A DNA stretch of 50,014 bases, taken from assembly GCA_018713665.1 (NCBI GenBank), contig DVOI01000054.1:1-50014 (forward strand), read 5' to 3'. Below are positions 1 to 10,336 of this stretch, piece after piece. A program made the position numbers and the translations under genes. The notes beneath the pieces were generated by a model. It was not told the DNA's origin and did not search any database. It saw nothing but the letters and a program-made list of their open reading frames with translations. The first letter of the stretch is position 1. Each line of letters starts with the position of its first letter. Source of the DNA: Candidatus Ornithoclostridium faecigallinarum (GTDB lineage: Bacteria > Bacillota > Clostridia > Christensenellales > UBA3700).

Positions 1-314
1 TCGGCAGGCAGCATGATGACCTTGCCCTTGCCGAACACGCCGATGACCTCGTGAGGAATGGTCGTGCCGACGGTCGAGACGGTGATCATGTTGCGCTTCG
101 CGATTGCGGTCGCCTTCTTGATCGCCTCGGAGACTTCGGCCGCTTTGCCCATTCCGAGCCCGAGCCTGCCCTGTCCGTCGCCGGCGACTATCAATGCGGA
201 GAACCTCATCGTCTTGCCGCCCTTGACAACCTTGGTGACGCGGTTGATGGCGATCAGCTTGCTGTTGATGTCGTCCTTCTCGCCTTGCTGGAATCTGTTT
301 TCTCTTCTAGCCAT
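1..314 (-). CDS. rpsE: 30S ribosomal protein S5 (3' end runs off the window)
   Basis: Manual translation from ATG 314: [49 protein letters not shown]...; follows rplR. Confidence 0.97.
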   Translation of the reverse strand, partial: MARRENRFQQGEKDDINSKLIAINRVTKVVKGGKTMRFSALIVAGDGQGRLGLGMGKAAEVSEAIKKATAIAKRNMITVSTVGTTIPHEVIGVFGKGKVIMLPA

Positions 315-329
315 TGGTCATTCCTCCGA

Positions 330-698
330 TTAAAACTTCAGGCCGGCTTCTCTCGCGCCGTCCGCGACGCTCTTTACGCGTCCCGTGTAGAGGTATCCGC
401 CTCTGTCGAACACCACCTCGGTGATGCCCGCCGCGAGCGCCTTCTCCGCAGCCGTCTTGCCGACGATCGCGGCAGCTTCGGTCTTGGTCTTGCCCTTGAG
501 CTGATCCGCAAGCGCCTTGTCCAACGTCGAGCACGCCGCGAGGGTGTGACCCTTGACGTCGTCGATGATCTGTACGGAGATGTTGTTGGTGCTCCTGTAC
601 ACGTTGAAGCGCGGTCTCTCGGCGGTGCCGGAGATCTTGTTGCGAAGCCTCTGGTGCCTCTTCTGTCTGATTGCGTTCTTATCTATCTTGTTGATCAT
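330..698 (-). CDS. rplR: 50S ribosomal protein L18
   Basis: [13 protein letters not shown] and [14 protein letters not shown] motifs; spc operon order. Confidence 0.98.
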   Translation of the reverse strand: MINKIDKNAIRQKRHQRLRNKISGTAERPRFNVYRSTNNISVQIIDDVKGHTLAACSTLDKALADQLKGKTKTEAAAIVGKTAAEKALAAGITEVVFDRGGYLYTGRVKSVADGAREAGLKF

Positions 699-708
699 AG
701 CTCACTCC

Positions 709-1251
709 TTATTTGGTACCCTTCTTGCCTTCCTTGCGGACGACCACTTCATCCTTGTAGCGGATACCGTAGACGTGATAGGGATCGGGCTTTCTCAGCG
801 CTCTGATGTTCGCGGCGATCTGTCCGACGAGCTCGTTGTCGATACCCTTGACAATGATGTCCTTTTCGCCCTCGACGTCAAAGGTGATGCCGGGAACTTC
901 GTTGACCTCGATGTTGTGCGAGTAGCCGATGTTGAGCACAATCTTGCCTCCTTGCTTGACCACCCTGTAACCGACGCCGTTGATCGTGAGCGACTTTTGG
1001 TAACCCTTGGTCACGCCCTCGACCATGTTGCCGATCAGCTTGCGGTAAAGCCCGTGCATGGACTTGACTTCCTTTTCCTCGTTGCTGCGAGTGCAGTGGA
1101 GCACGCCGCCGTCGATGTTGACGGAGATGTGCTTGTCGACCGCCCTTTGCAATGTGCCCTTGGGGCCTTTGACCGTCACGACATTCTCGGGGCTGACCGT
1201 AATTTCGACGCCCGCGGGGATGACGAGGGGCATTCTTCCGATTCTTGACAT
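709..1251 (-). CDS. rplF: 50S ribosomal protein L6
   Basis: MSRIGRMP, VTVKGPKGTL, GVGYR motifs. Confidence 0.98.
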   Translation of the reverse strand: MSRIGRMPLVIPAGVEITVSPENVVTVKGPKGTLQRAVDKHISVNIDGGVLHCTRSNEEKEVKSMHGLYRKLIGNMVEGVTKGYQKSLTINGVGYRVVKQGGKIVLNIGYSHNIEVNEVPGITFDVEGEKDIIVKGIDNELVGQIAANIRALRKPDPYHVYGIRYKDEVVVRKEGKKGTK

Positions 1252-1261
1252 GTCGACCTCC

Positions 1262-1660
1262 TTACCAGACGTACGCGAGCACTTCGCCGCCTACGTTCTC
1301 TTTGCGAGCCTGCTTGTCGGTCATGACGCCCTTGGACGTGGACATAATCGCCACTCCGAGGCCGCCCAAAACCTTGGGGAGCTTGTCCGCCGGAGCGTAA
1401 ACTCTCAAGCCGGGCTTGGATATTCTCTTGATGCCGGTAATTGCGCGCTCTTTCTTCGCACCGTACTTCAATGCAATCGTCATCGTCTTGATGACGCCGT
1501 CTTCTTTGACTTCGACCGAGTTGATGTAGCCCTCTTCGACGAGAATGTCGGCAATCGACTTCTTCATCTTGGAGAAGGGAACTTCAACCGTCTCGTGCTT
1601 CGCGGTCAGTCCGTTGCGGATACGTGTGAGCATATCGGCGATGGGATCTGTGATGTTCAT
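1262..1660 (-). CDS. rpsH: 30S ribosomal protein S8
   Basis: [30 protein letters not shown]. Confidence 0.98.
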   Translation of the reverse strand: MNITDPIADMLTRIRNGLTAKHETVEVPFSKMKKSIADILVEEGYINSVEVKEDGVIKTMTIALKYGAKKERAITGIKRISKPGLRVYAPADKLPKVLGGLGVAIMSTSKGVMTDKQARKENVGGEVLAYVW

Positions 1661-1675
1661 ATCTCTACCTCCAAA

Positions 1676-1861
1676 TTACCAGCTGGCCTTCTTGACCCCG
1701 GGGATCTCGCCCTTGTAGGCAAGGTTCCTGAAGCAGATTCTGCAGATGCCGTACTTTCTCAATACGGAGTGCGGTCTTCCGCAGATCTTGCATCTGGTAT
1801 ACGCCCTCGTGGAGTACTTGGGAGCCTTTTGCTGCTTGTTGATCATAGCTTTCTTTGCCAT
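1676..1861 (-). CDS. rpsN: 30S ribosomal protein S14, type Z (zinc-binding, 61 aa)
   Basis: CKICGRP...CRICFR, two CxxC motifs. Confidence 0.98.
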   Translation of the reverse strand: MAKKAMINKQQKAPKYSTRAYTRCKICGRPHSVLRKYGICRICFRNLAYKGEIPGVKKASW

Positions 1862-1873
1862 ATCTGTAACTCC

Positions 1874-2428
1874 TTATTTCTCGAAAGGCATACCGAGCAA
1901 CGCAAGCAGCTCTTTTGCCTCGGCATCCGTCTTCGCCGTGGTGACGAAGCAGATGTCAAATCCTCTGATTTTCTCGATCTTGTCATAGGAGATCTCGGGG
2001 AAGATCAATTGCTCCTTGACGCCCATCGAGTAGTTGCCTCTGCCGTCGAACGAGTCGGCAGGGACGCCCTTGAAGTCTCTGACGCGCGGCAGCGCGACCG
2101 AGATCAACTTGTCCATGAAGTCGTACATCTTCGCACCGCGGAGCGTAACCTTGGCGCCGATGACCTGACCTTCTCTGACCTTGAAGTTCGCGACGCTCTT
2201 CTTCGCCTTCGTGGCGACGGGCGCCTGCCCGGTGATCGCCTTGAGCTCTTCGGTCGCGAGCTGCATGCTCTTGCTGTTGTCCTTGATGTCTCCGAAGCCG
2301 GCGTTGACGACAATCTTGACGAGCTTGGGGACTTCGTTGACGTTCTTGTATCCGAATTTCTTGATGAGCGCGGGAACCGCCTCGTTCTTGTAGGTGTCCG
2401 CAACTCTGTAAACTCTCTCTTCTTTCAC
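1874..2428 (-). CDS. rplE: 50S ribosomal protein L5
   Basis: [26 protein letters not shown]; GTG start. Confidence 0.98.
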   Translation of the reverse strand: MKEERVYRVADTYKNEAVPALIKKFGYKNVNEVPKLVKIVVNAGFGDIKDNSKSMQLATEELKAITGQAPVATKAKKSVANFKVREGQVIGAKVTLRGAKMYDFMDKLISVALPRVRDFKGVPADSFDGRGNYSMGVKEQLIFPEISYDKIEKIRGFDICFVTTAKTDAEAKELLALLGMPFEK

Positions 2429-2443
2429 GTTGAGGTCCTCCGA

Positions 2444-2896
2444 TTACTTGCTCTCTTCGTCCGTCTTCTTCGCAGACTTCTTGGTCGCGGTCTTGGACTT
2501 CGAGGCGGTCTTTGCGGTCTTCTTCGCCGCGGTCTTCGCCTTGGCCTTGCTGACATTGTCGAGGCTCGCGCCGCACTTCTTGCAGACGCGCTCCTTGTTC
2601 GCCTTGCCGTCCTCGCCGACCGTCACGCTGTGACCGACCTTGGTGGCCTTGCCGCAGGAGGGGCAGACAATCATGACGTTGGAGATGTCAATCGCCCTCT
2701 CCTTCTCGACGATGCCGCCCTTTTCACGGCCGCTGCGCGGTTTGACGAAGTGCTTCTCCGTCTTGAGACCGGCGCCGCTGACGACAACTCTCGCGCCGTC
2801 ATCCTTTTTGATGACCTTGTCGACCTGTCCGCTCTTGCCTTTATCTTCTCCGGCGATCACGATGACCGCGTCGCCTTTTTTGATGCTGTAACTCAT
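2444..2896 (-). CDS. rplX: 50S ribosomal protein L24 with two CxxC motifs and a Lys/Ala/Thr-rich C-terminal extension
   Basis: IKKGDAVIVIAGEDKGK (KOW motif), IDISNVMIVCPSCG; ATG at 2896 after a GAGGAGG SD. Confidence 0.96.
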   Translation of the reverse strand: MSYSIKKGDAVIVIAGEDKGKSGQVDKVIKKDDGARVVVSGAGLKTEKHFVKPRSGREKGGIVEKERAIDISNVMIVCPSCGKATKVGHSVTVGEDGKANKERVCKKCGASLDNVSKAKAKTAAKKTAKTASKSKTATKKSAKKTDEESK

Positions 2897-2909
2897 TGTC
2901 CTGTCCTCC

Positions 2910-3278
2910 TCAAATGACCTCGGGCGCAAGGGAGATGATCTTCATGTAGTCCTTGTCGCGAAGCTCTCTTGCGATTGGTCCGAAGATACGGGTGCCTCTG
3001 GGCTGCTTTTGGTTGTCGATGATGACGGCGGCGTTGTCGTCGAACCTGATATAGGAGCCGTCGTTCCTTCTGACGCCCTTTGTGGTCCTGACGATGACCG
3101 CCTTGACGACCTCGCCCTTCTTGACGGCGCCGCCGGGGATGGCGCTCTGCACCGCCGCGACGATTACGTCTCCGATATTGCCGCTCCTGCGGAAAGAACC
3201 GCCGAGCACCCTGATGCATTTGATCTCTTTGGCGCCGGAGTTGTCCGCAACGTTGAGTCTTGTTTCGGGTTGTATCAT
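2910..3278 (-). CDS. rplN: 50S ribosomal protein L14
   Basis: [21 protein letters not shown]. Confidence 0.98.
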   Translation of the reverse strand: MIQPETRLNVADNSGAKEIKCIRVLGGSFRRSGNIGDVIVAAVQSAIPGGAVKKGEVVKAVIVRTTKGVRRNDGSYIRFDDNAAVIIDNQKQPRGTRIFGPIARELRDKDYMKIISLAPEVI

Positions 3279-3294
3279 TTCGGTTCCTCCCGGC

Positions 3295-3549
3295 TTATTT
3301 AGCCTTTTCCACTATTTTGACGACGCGCCAGCACTTGTCCTTGCTGAGCGGTCTTGTCTCGGCGATCAACACTCTGTCGCCGACGCCGCACTCGTTGAGC
3401 TCGTCATGAGCCTTGAACTTCTTGGTCCTGTTGACGATTTTGCCGTACAAGGGATGCTTGACGCGCTCCCTGATGGCGACGACAACGGTCTTGTCCATCT
3501 TGTCGCTGACGACAACGCCGACCCTGTTCTTCCTGAGATTTCTTTCCAT
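3295..3549 (-). CDS. rpsQ: 30S ribosomal protein S17
   Basis: [20 protein letters not shown]. Confidence 0.98.
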   Translation of the reverse strand: MERNLRKNRVGVVVSDKMDKTVVVAIRERVKHPLYGKIVNRTKKFKAHDELNECGVGDRVLIAETRPLSKDKCWRVVKIVEKAK

Positions 3550-3557
3550 GATTTACC

Positions 3558-3800
3558 TCACTTCGCCTTCTTGGCGGACTTCTTCGCCGCCTTCGCGGGC
3601 TCGACGCTGAGACCGAGCTCTCTCTGACGAATGACCGTCATGCATCTGGCGATGTCCTTCTTGGTCGCGGCAATCTTGCTGTTGTTGTCGAGATTGCCCG
3701 CTTTGTGCTTGAAGCGAAGGTCGAACAATTCCTGTTTGAGCGCCGCAAGCTTGACCTGCAACTCATCGTTGGTCATTTCGAAAAAGTTAGTTGTTTTCAT
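3558..3800 (-). CDS. rpmC: 50S ribosomal protein L29 with basic C-terminal tail
   Basis: [10 protein letters not shown]...[10 protein letters not shown]; lies between rplP and rpsQ. Confidence 0.96.
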   Translation of the reverse strand: MKTTNFFEMTNDELQVKLAALKQELFDLRFKHKAGNLDNNSKIAATKKDIARCMTVIRQRELGLSVEPAKAAKKSAKKAK

Positions 3801-4233
3801 CGTTGTTCACCTCGCTCTGCTCGGCGCTTTCCGCCTTGACGAACTTGCACTTGACCGGGAGCTTGTGTCCCGCAAGACGCAACGCCTCTCTTGCGACTTC
3901 CTCGGAAACGCCCGCCATCTCGAACATCACTCTGCCCGGCTTGACGACCGCCACCCAGTACTCGACGCTTCCCTTACCGCTACCCATACGGGTCTCGGCA
4001 GGCTTCTTGGTGATAGGCTTGTGGGGGAAGATGTCAATCCACACCTTGCCGCCTCTCTTGATATATCTGGTCATTGCGATACGGGCAGCCTCAATCTGAT
4101 TGGAAGTGATCCAACCCGGCTCGAGCGCCATCAAACCGTACTCGCCGTACGCGACGCGGTTGCCCTTTGTCGCCTTTCCCGTCATTCTGCCGCGGTGAAC
4201 GCGACGTCTCTTGACTCTCTTAGGCATCAACAT
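3787..4233 (-). CDS. rplP: 50S ribosomal protein L16
   Basis: [19 protein letters not shown]. Confidence 0.98.
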   Translation of the reverse strand: MLMPKRVKRRRVHRGRMTGKATKGNRVAYGEYGLMALEPGWITSNQIEAARIAMTRYIKRGGKVWIDIFPHKPITKKPAETRMGSGKGSVEYWVAVVKPGRVMFEMAGVSEEVAREALRLAGHKLPVKCKFVKAESAEQSEVNNDENN

Positions 4234-4904
4234 TATGCATTTCCTCCTTCGCCTGTGACAGCGGTCTTGCCGAGGATCTCACCCTTGTACACCCACGTCT
4301 TGACGCCGATGATACCGAAAGTCGTCCTTGCCTGCGCAAAACCGTAATCGATATCCGCTCTGAGCGTCTGAAGGGGGATGGATCCCTCGTGATACTTTTC
4401 GCTTCTCGCGATTTCGGCGCCGTCAAGTCTGCCGGAAACCATGACCTTGACGCCCTTGGCGCCCGCTCTCATCGCGCGGCCGATCGCCGACTTCATCGCG
4501 CGGCGGAAAGACTTCCTTTCTTCAAGCTCTTTGGCGATGTTCTCCGCAACGAGCTGAGCGTCGACATCCGGTCTCTTGACCTCGAACACGTTGATGCTCA
4601 CTTCCTTGCTCTTGGAGATCTTCTTGACCTCATCGGTCATCTGATTGACGCCCGCACCTTGCTTGCCGATGAGCACCGACGGCTTGGATGTGTAGACGTT
4701 GACGGTCAACACGCCGACCGAGCTGATGCGACTGATCGCAATGCGACTGATCGCCATTTCGTAATACTTCTTCTTGAGGAACTCTCTGATTTTGTAATCC
4801 TCGATGAGGTAGTCGGAGAAGGACTTCTTGTCCGCATACCACTGGGCGTCCCATTCCTTGTTGACGCCGATCCTCATGCCTTTGGGGCTGACTTTCTGAC
4901 CCAT
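4233..4904 (-). CDS. rpsC: 30S ribosomal protein S3
   Basis: [31 protein letters not shown]. Confidence 0.98.
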   Translation of the reverse strand: MGQKVSPKGMRIGVNKEWDAQWYADKKSFSDYLIEDYKIREFLKKKYYEMAISRIAISRISSVGVLTVNVYTSKPSVLIGKQGAGVNQMTDEVKKISKSKEVSINVFEVKRPDVDAQLVAENIAKELEERKSFRRAMKSAIGRAMRAGAKGVKVMVSGRLDGAEIARSEKYHEGSIPLQTLRADIDYGFAQARTTFGIIGVKTWVYKGEILGKTAVTGEGGNA

Positions 4905-4905
4905 G

Positions 4906-5301
4906 TTATCTCTCCTCCGTTTTCGTATCGAGAATGACGGTGATGTGGCTGGTCCTCTTGTTGATTCTCGAGGCGCTGCCCTTCGCCCTCGGCATCACCC
5001 TCTTGAGGATGGGGCCGGCATTGGCGTAGCACTCTGCGACATAAAGTTCGCCCTTGCTCATGTTGAGATTGTTCTCCGCATTCGCTGCTGCGGACTCGAG
5101 CACCTTGAGCAACGGCTCGCACGCCGCCTTGCGTGTCGACTTGAGGATCGCGACCGCTTCGGTGTATCCGACGCCGCGAATGACGTCGAGGACAATCCTC
5201 ACCTTGTCGGGAGAGATCCTGACATACTTGGCGACGGCCCTGGGACGCTTGTCCGCGCTCTCTTGACGCGCCGCGGCTTTTTCTCTTATTCTCTTTGCCA
5301 T
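4906..5301 (-). CDS. rplV: 50S ribosomal protein L22
   Basis: [29 protein letters not shown]. Confidence 0.98.
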   Translation of the reverse strand: MAKRIREKAAARQESADKRPRAVAKYVRISPDKVRIVLDVIRGVGYTEAVAILKSTRKAACEPLLKVLESAAANAENNLNMSKGELYVAECYANAGPILKRVMPRAKGSASRINKRTSHITVILDTKTEER

Positions 5302-5320
5302 TTTTCAGTTCTCCTCCGAA

Positions 5321-5599
5321 TTACTTCTTGCCGGTCGTCTTCTCTCCGGCGTGACCCTTGAAGGTACGCGTGGGAGCGAATTCGCCCAACTTGCATCCGA
5401 CCATATCTTCGGTGATGTATACGGGAACGTGCTTGCGACCGTCGTGAACGGCGATCGTGTGTCCGACCATCTCGGGGAAGATAGTAGAAGAACGCGACCA
5501 GGTCTTGACAACCTTTTTCTCGTTCGCCTCGTTCATGGCGATTATCCTCTTGATCAACCTCTCTTCAACGAAAGGCCCTTTCTTAACAGATCTGCTCAT
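5321..5599 (-). CDS. rpsS: 30S ribosomal protein S19
   Basis: [20 protein letters not shown]. Confidence 0.98.
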   Translation of the reverse strand: MSRSVKKGPFVEERLIKRIIAMNEANEKKVVKTWSRSSTIFPEMVGHTIAVHDGRKHVPVYITEDMVGCKLGEFAPTRTFKGHAGEKTTGKK

Positions 5600-5615
5600 T
5601 CTTCTGTCCTCCGCA

Positions 5616-6440
5616 TTAGTTGATACGCTTGATGATCATCTTGTTGCTCTTGTTCTTGTGCCTGGTCTTGTGACCGAGAGTGGGAACGCCCCACGGGGTA
5701 ACAGGACTGGGCATACCGATCGGAGACTTGCCTTCGCCGCCGCCGTGCGGGTGGTCGTTCGGGTTCATGACCACACCTCTGACGGTAGGTCTGACGCCCA
5801 TGTGACGATGACGTCCCGCCTTGCCGATGCTGACGATCTCGTGCTCGAGGTTGCCCACCTGACCGACCGTCGCGCGGCACTTGACGAGGATGTATCTCAT
5901 CTCGCCGCTGGGAAGTCTCAAGGTCGCATACTTGCCTTCTTTCGCCATCAGCTGAGCGCTTCCGCCCGCCGCTCTCGCGATTTGACCGCCCTTGCCCGGC
6001 TGCATCTCGATGTTGTGGACCAAGGTACCGACGGGAATCTTCTCGAGAGGCAACGCGTTGCCTGCCTTGATGTCCGCGGTCTCGCCGCTCATCACGGTGT
6101 CGCCCACCTGCAGTCCGACGGGAGCCAAGATGTATCTCTTCTCGCCGTCCGCATAGTTGAGAAGGGCGATGAACGCGCTCCTGTAGGGATCGTATTCAAT
6201 CGACGCGACCTTCGCCGGAACTCCGTCCTTGTTGCGCTTGAAGTCGATGATGCGGTACTTCGCGCGGTTGCCGCCGCCGATGTGTCTGACGGTGATGCGG
6301 CCGTTTGCGTTGCGTCCGCCCGTCTTGCTCCTGCTCTCGAGCAGGCTCTTCTCCGGTTTGTCCGTCGTAATCTCGCTGTACGAGAGACTCGTCATATGAC
6401 GACGGCCGTCCGAAGTCGGATTGTATCTCTTAAGTGCCAT
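5616..6440 (-). CDS. rplB: 50S ribosomal protein L2
   Basis: [22 protein letters not shown]. Confidence 0.99.
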   Translation of the reverse strand: MALKRYNPTSDGRRHMTSLSYSEITTDKPEKSLLESRSKTGGRNANGRITVRHIGGGNRAKYRIIDFKRNKDGVPAKVASIEYDPYRSAFIALLNYADGEKRYILAPVGLQVGDTVMSGETADIKAGNALPLEKIPVGTLVHNIEMQPGKGGQIARAAGGSAQLMAKEGKYATLRLPSGEMRYILVKCRATVGQVGNLEHEIVSIGKAGRHRHMGVRPTVRGVVMNPNDHPHGGGEGKSPIGMPSPVTPWGVPTLGHKTRHKNKSNKMIIKRIN

Positions 6441-6455
6441 TGTCTATTCCTCCTA

Positions 6456-6746
6456 TCAGGACAAGCTATCGAAGAACTCGATGGGCTTGCTGTCCTTGGA
6501 AAGTTGAACGATCGCCTTCTTGTACGAGGAAGTCGTGCCCTCATACCTTCCCATGCGCTTCTTCTTTCCGTCGTAGTTGGCGGTGTTGACTTTCTCCACC
6601 TTGACCCCGAAGATGTCCTCGACTGCGACTTTGATTTGAGTCTTGGTCGCCCTCTTGTCCACCTTGAAGGTATATCTCTTGGCTTGGATGCCGTCGTAAC
6701 TCTTCTCAGTCAGCATAGGACTGATGATGATGTCGTACATGTTCAT
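6456..6746 (-). CDS. rplW: 50S ribosomal protein L23
   Basis: Start at MNMYDII (6746) after GGAGG; TEKS, ATKTQIK, YKKAIV. Confidence 0.96.
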   Translation of the reverse strand: MNMYDIIISPMLTEKSYDGIQAKRYTFKVDKRATKTQIKVAVEDIFGVKVEKVNTANYDGKKKRMGRYEGTTSSYKKAIVQLSKDSKPIEFFDSLS

Positions 6747-7381
6747 TCTGCTACCTCCTCGGCGCCGTACTTGGCGTTGAGCTTTTCGACCGCCGCCTTG
6801 GTGACGATGCACTTGCCGTTGGCGGCAAGCTCATAGACGTTGATGACATCGACGTTGGTCACGGTCAAGCCCGGAATGTTGCCGCTCGCCCTCAAAATCG
6901 TCTCGTCGACGGTGTCGGTCACGACCAAAACTTTGCCGTTGACCGCAAAGTTCTTGAGCACAGCCGCCATCAACTTTGTCTTTGCGTCCTCAAGCTCGAG
7001 CTTGTCGACCACGGTCAGACCGCCGTCCGCAACTCTCGCGGAAAGAGCGCTGACGAACGCCGCCCTCTTCATCTTCTTGTTAATCTTTTGAGAGAAATCT
7101 CTCTGCTTGGGCGCGAACACGACGCCGCCGCCCGTCCATTGCGGACTGCGAATGGAGCCTTGGCGAGCCCTGCCGGTGCCCTTTTGACGCCACGGCTTCT
7201 TGCCGCCGCCTCTGACCTCGCTGCGGGTCAAAGTGCTCTTGTTGCCCTGTCTTTGGTTGGCGAGATACGCGACGACGACTTGGTGCACGAGAGCTTCGTT
7301 GTATTCGCATCCGAACACGCTGTCGCTGACGTTCATCTTGCCGACTTCTTTCGCCTTCATATTATATACATTGAGTTCCAT
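6743..7381 (-). CDS. rplD: 50S ribosomal protein L4
   Basis: [19 protein letters not shown]. Confidence 0.99.
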   Translation of the reverse strand: MELNVYNMKAKEVGKMNVSDSVFGCEYNEALVHQVVVAYLANQRQGNKSTLTRSEVRGGGKKPWRQKGTGRARQGSIRSPQWTGGGVVFAPKQRDFSQKINKKMKRAAFVSALSARVADGGLTVVDKLELEDAKTKLMAAVLKNFAVNGKVLVVTDTVDETILRASGNIPGLTVTNVDVINVYELAANGKCIVTKAAVEKLNAKYGAEEVAE

Positions 7382-7395
7382 ATCTCTTGATCTCC

Positions 7396-8040
7396 TTACG
7401 CCTTGCTGGCCGTCTTGACGACGACCGTGCCGCCCTTGGGACCCGGAACCGCGCCCTTGACGAGAATCAGATTGCGATTCTTGTCGACCTTGACAACGGT
7501 CAAGTTCTGGACCGTCACGCGCTCATTGCCCCAATGTCCGGACATCTTCTTGTTCTTGAACACTCTCGACGGTGTCGAGTTTGCGCTCAAAGAACCGACG
7601 CCTCTGTGGTAACCGGAACCATGAGCCATGGGGCCGCAATGTTGGTTCCATCTCTTGATGGCGCCGGTGAAACCGTGACCCTTGCTGGTGCCGACAACGT
7701 CGACCTTGTCGCCCGCCGCGAACACGTCGCAGGTGATCGCGCCGCCCACTTCGTACGCCGAGCAATCGTCCAGCCTGAACTCCTTGAGAGTGCGCATCGG
7801 CTTGACGCCCGCCTTGGCGTAGTGGCCCTTCAAGGGCTTGTTGGTCAGCTTGTCCGCTCTCTTGTCGTCCTTGTAAGAGCCAAACGCCACCTGTACGGCG
7901 TCGTAGCCGTCCTTGTCCACGGTCTTCTTTTGAACGACGGGGCAGGGACCTGCCTCCACGACCGTGACCGGGATCACTATGCCGTCTTCGGTGAAGACTT
8001 GGCTCATCCCGAGTTTCTTTCCAATGATTGCTTTATTCAT
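7396..8040 (-). CDS. rplC: 50S ribosomal protein L3
   Basis: [22 protein letters not shown]. Confidence 0.99.
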   Translation of the reverse strand: MNKAIIGKKLGMSQVFTEDGIVIPVTVVEAGPCPVVQKKTVDKDGYDAVQVAFGSYKDDKRADKLTNKPLKGHYAKAGVKPMRTLKEFRLDDCSAYEVGGAITCDVFAAGDKVDVVGTSKGHGFTGAIKRWNQHCGPMAHGSGYHRGVGSLSANSTPSRVFKNKKMSGHWGNERVTVQNLTVVKVDKNRNLILVKGAVPGPKGGTVVVKTASKA

Positions 8041-8093
8041 AGATAAAGTTCACCTCCGATATTTCCTGCCGCCGAAGCGGCCGAATTGTCTTG

Positions 8094-8402
8094 TCAGAAT
8101 TTAATCTTTATATCCACGCCTGCGGGCAAGCTGAGCTTCTCGAGCGCGGTCATCGCCGCCTTGGTCGGGCTGTAGATGTCAATCAGTCTCTTGTGAGTGC
8201 GCAGCTCGAACTGCTCGCGGCTGTCCTTGTCCTTGTGCACAGCGCGAAGTATCGTCACGACCTCTTTCTCGGTCGGAAGCGGAATGGGTCCGCCCACTTT
8301 GACGCCGCATCTGGTGACGGTCTCGACGATCTTGCTTGCAGCTTCGTCGATGAGATTGTGATCGTAGGCTCTGAGCCTGATCCTGATGATGAGTCCTGCC
8401 AT
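8094..8402 (-). CDS. rpsJ: 30S ribosomal protein S10
   Basis: [33 protein letters not shown]; ATG at 8402 after AGGAG. Confidence 0.97.
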   Translation of the reverse strand: MAGLIIRIRLRAYDHNLIDEAASKIVETVTRCGVKVGGPIPLPTEKEVVTILRAVHKDKDSREQFELRTHKRLIDIYSPTKAAMTALEKLSLPAGVDIKIKF

Positions 8403-8580
8403 TTTTCTTCTCCTTTTACTAACTTTTTTAGCGCGTCTTTCACGCAGCCGTGTGTTCCGCATCGCCGCAATTTTAAAAGGCGGGCAGTCCGCCTCCGTTA
8501 GTCGCCCGATCGTTCGGACATTTGTCCGCATAAGTTCTCCGCGTCCGGTAACCTTATGCTTCACCCCTTTGCAGCGTGCA
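8403..8580 (-). promoter_or_regulatory. Structured 5' leader of the S10 operon (probable clostridial ribosomal-protein leader)
   Basis: ~180-nt UTR with hairpins such as CGGACA-AA-TGTCCG; position typical of r-protein autoregulatory leaders; family match recalled, not searched. Confidence 0.65.
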
Positions 8581-8586
8581 TTCGAC

Positions 8587-8615
8587 ATTATAAAGAAGCA
8601 AAAAACTTAAGTCAA
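8587..8615 (-). promoter_or_regulatory. sigma-A promoter of the S10 operon
   Basis: TTGACT-17bp-TATAAT. Confidence 0.85.
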
Positions 8616-8744
8616 ACGATTTGACAAAAAAAGTTTTTTCGAAATGTAAAATTTATGTAAAATTTTTCTTAAAGTAACACTTTGCGGCGATTTGGGTATT
8701 ATTTTGCTCCGGCTTCTCTTCCCTAGCCCATGCGGACGGAGCGC

Positions 8745-9953
8745 TCACAGCTCTCCGCCCATCAAAAAGTCAATCGCGTTCACCGTCAATATGCCGTCGT
8801 GATCGCGGACGAAAATGTCGTCAAGGGTGACGATATACTTCGGGTGGTTGTCATGAATCAACGCAAAGGGACGAAGTTCTTGAGCAAGCTTGTCCTCGTC
8901 TGCCACGGTGACCGCCACTTGCACGTAAAACATTTTTCCTTTCCCGTCCTGCGCCACAAAGTCGACTTCTTTGTCTTCGACCTTGCCCGTTGCCACCTTA
9001 CAACGACGGCGTTTAAGCTCGAGAAATACGAGATTCTCCAAAATCTGCGACAACTCGAGCGTCCTGTTGTTGAGAATGTAATATTTGAACCCGAAGTCCG
9101 TCACATAATACTTGTTGATCAATTGCAAATATCCTTTGCCGACAACGTCGTATCTGTCCGCTTTGAACACAAAAAAGCAATCGCGCAACGTCTCAAAATA
9201 GCTGCTCACCGTGTTGTACGACACCTTTATCCCACTCGAATTGAGAGTGTCCGCAATGCGCTTGACGGACGTCAAACAACCGACATTGTAGAGCAAAAAG
9301 TTCAAAATCCCCTCTACCACTTCGCGGCTTGCGGAAGAGTTGCGTTTGAGCACGTCCTTTTGCAAGATCGTGCGATAGACGCTTTCGATATATTCTCGCT
9401 GTTCGGCGCTCCCCTTCTCGAACATCAACGCGCCGGGAAGCGCTCCGTAGGTGATGTAGTCCATGAACATCGCACGCCTGTCCGTGCCGCCGTGCCACTC
9501 GGCATATTCGGCAAGCGACAGAGGCAACACGTTGATCTCGACATAGCGGCCGGTGAGCAACGTCGCAATCTCGGACGACAAAAACTTGGCATTCGAGCCC
9601 GTCAAATAGAGATCGACCTCGGGACGAATGAAGAGGCTGTCCGCAACTCTCTCGAACCCGTCGACGTGCTGGACTTCGTCAAGAAAAATATACAACTTTT
9701 CGCCCGGACGTATTTTCGCCGACAAAAAGCGAAAAAGCTCGTCTTTGTCCAAAAGCGACGCATTGGACATGTCCTCAAAGTTGATTTTGATTACGCTCTC
9801 CTTCGGAACGCCGTCCGCAAGCAACTTTTCGATGTACAGATCGAAAATTGTGGACTTGCCGACACGGCGCATGCCTGTCACCACTTTGATTAATTGCTTG
9901 TCACGGTAACGTTCGAGCCAATCGATGTATTGCTTGCGCGGTATCAATGCCAT
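8745..9953 (-). CDS. AAA_14 ATPase with DUF4143 domain
   Basis: Walker A GMRRVGKS, Walker B FLDEVQ, LTGS, LTGR, KYYVTDFG, C-terminal EVDFV. Confidence 0.9.
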   Translation of the reverse strand: MALIPRKQYIDWLERYRDKQLIKVVTGMRRVGKSTIFDLYIEKLLADGVPKESVIKINFEDMSNASLLDKDELFRFLSAKIRPGEKLYIFLDEVQHVDGFERVADSLFIRPEVDLYLTGSNAKFLSSEIATLLTGRYVEINVLPLSLAEYAEWHGGTDRRAMFMDYITYGALPGALMFEKGSAEQREYIESVYRTILQKDVLKRNSSASREVVEGILNFLLYNVGCLTSVKRIADTLNSSGIKVSYNTVSSYFETLRDCFFVFKADRYDVVGKGYLQLINKYYVTDFGFKYYILNNRTLELSQILENLVFLELKRRRCKVATGKVEDKEVDFVAQDGKGKMFYVQVAVTVADEDKLAQELRPFALIHDNHPKYIVTLDDIFVRDHDGILTVNAIDFLMGGEL

Positions 9954-9971
9954 AGTTGCCTCCTTGATTCA

Positions 9972-10001
9972 AGTATACCCCAAAAAAAGAGGGGCTGTCA
10001 A
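9972..10001 (-). promoter_or_regulatory. sigma-A promoter of the AAA ATPase gene
   Basis: TTGACA-18bp-TATACT. Confidence 0.7.
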
Positions 10002-10005
10002 GACG

Positions 10006-10158
10006 AAATTGAAAACTTTTGTCAAAAACAGGAAAAGTTTTCAGTTTCGTGCAAAAACGGAAAAACCGTTACTGTATATGAAGATTTCGGCAAGATCACG
10101 ACAAGTTCAAAAAGCGAAATTGAAAACTTTTGCCAAAAACGGGAAAAGTTTTCAATTT
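10006..10158. repeat. Two copies of a 42-bp spaced palindrome (putative operators)
   Basis: AAATTGAAAACTTTT-N12-AAAAGTTTTCA(G/A)TTT at 10006-10047 and 10117-10158. Confidence 0.85.
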
Positions 10159-10336
10159 GAACTTCGCTGCAAGAGCAATCAAAAAACCGCCCATTTCTTT
10201 GCGGCTTTTGCGCAAAAGTTGAAAACAAAACAGCACAAAAGTTGAAAGCGGCAAGCAAAAGCCTCGATGAACGTTGACTTTTTCAAGTTGCTGCCGCTAT
10301 TGAGCAAAAGATAAATTTATGACCTTCCATAGAAGT

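Noticed and set aside
51-8610. Long plus-strand ORFs over the ribosomal cluster (e.g. 1058-2917, 5457-6836)
   Set aside because: Antisense shadows of high-GC coding sequence; no motifs or SDs.
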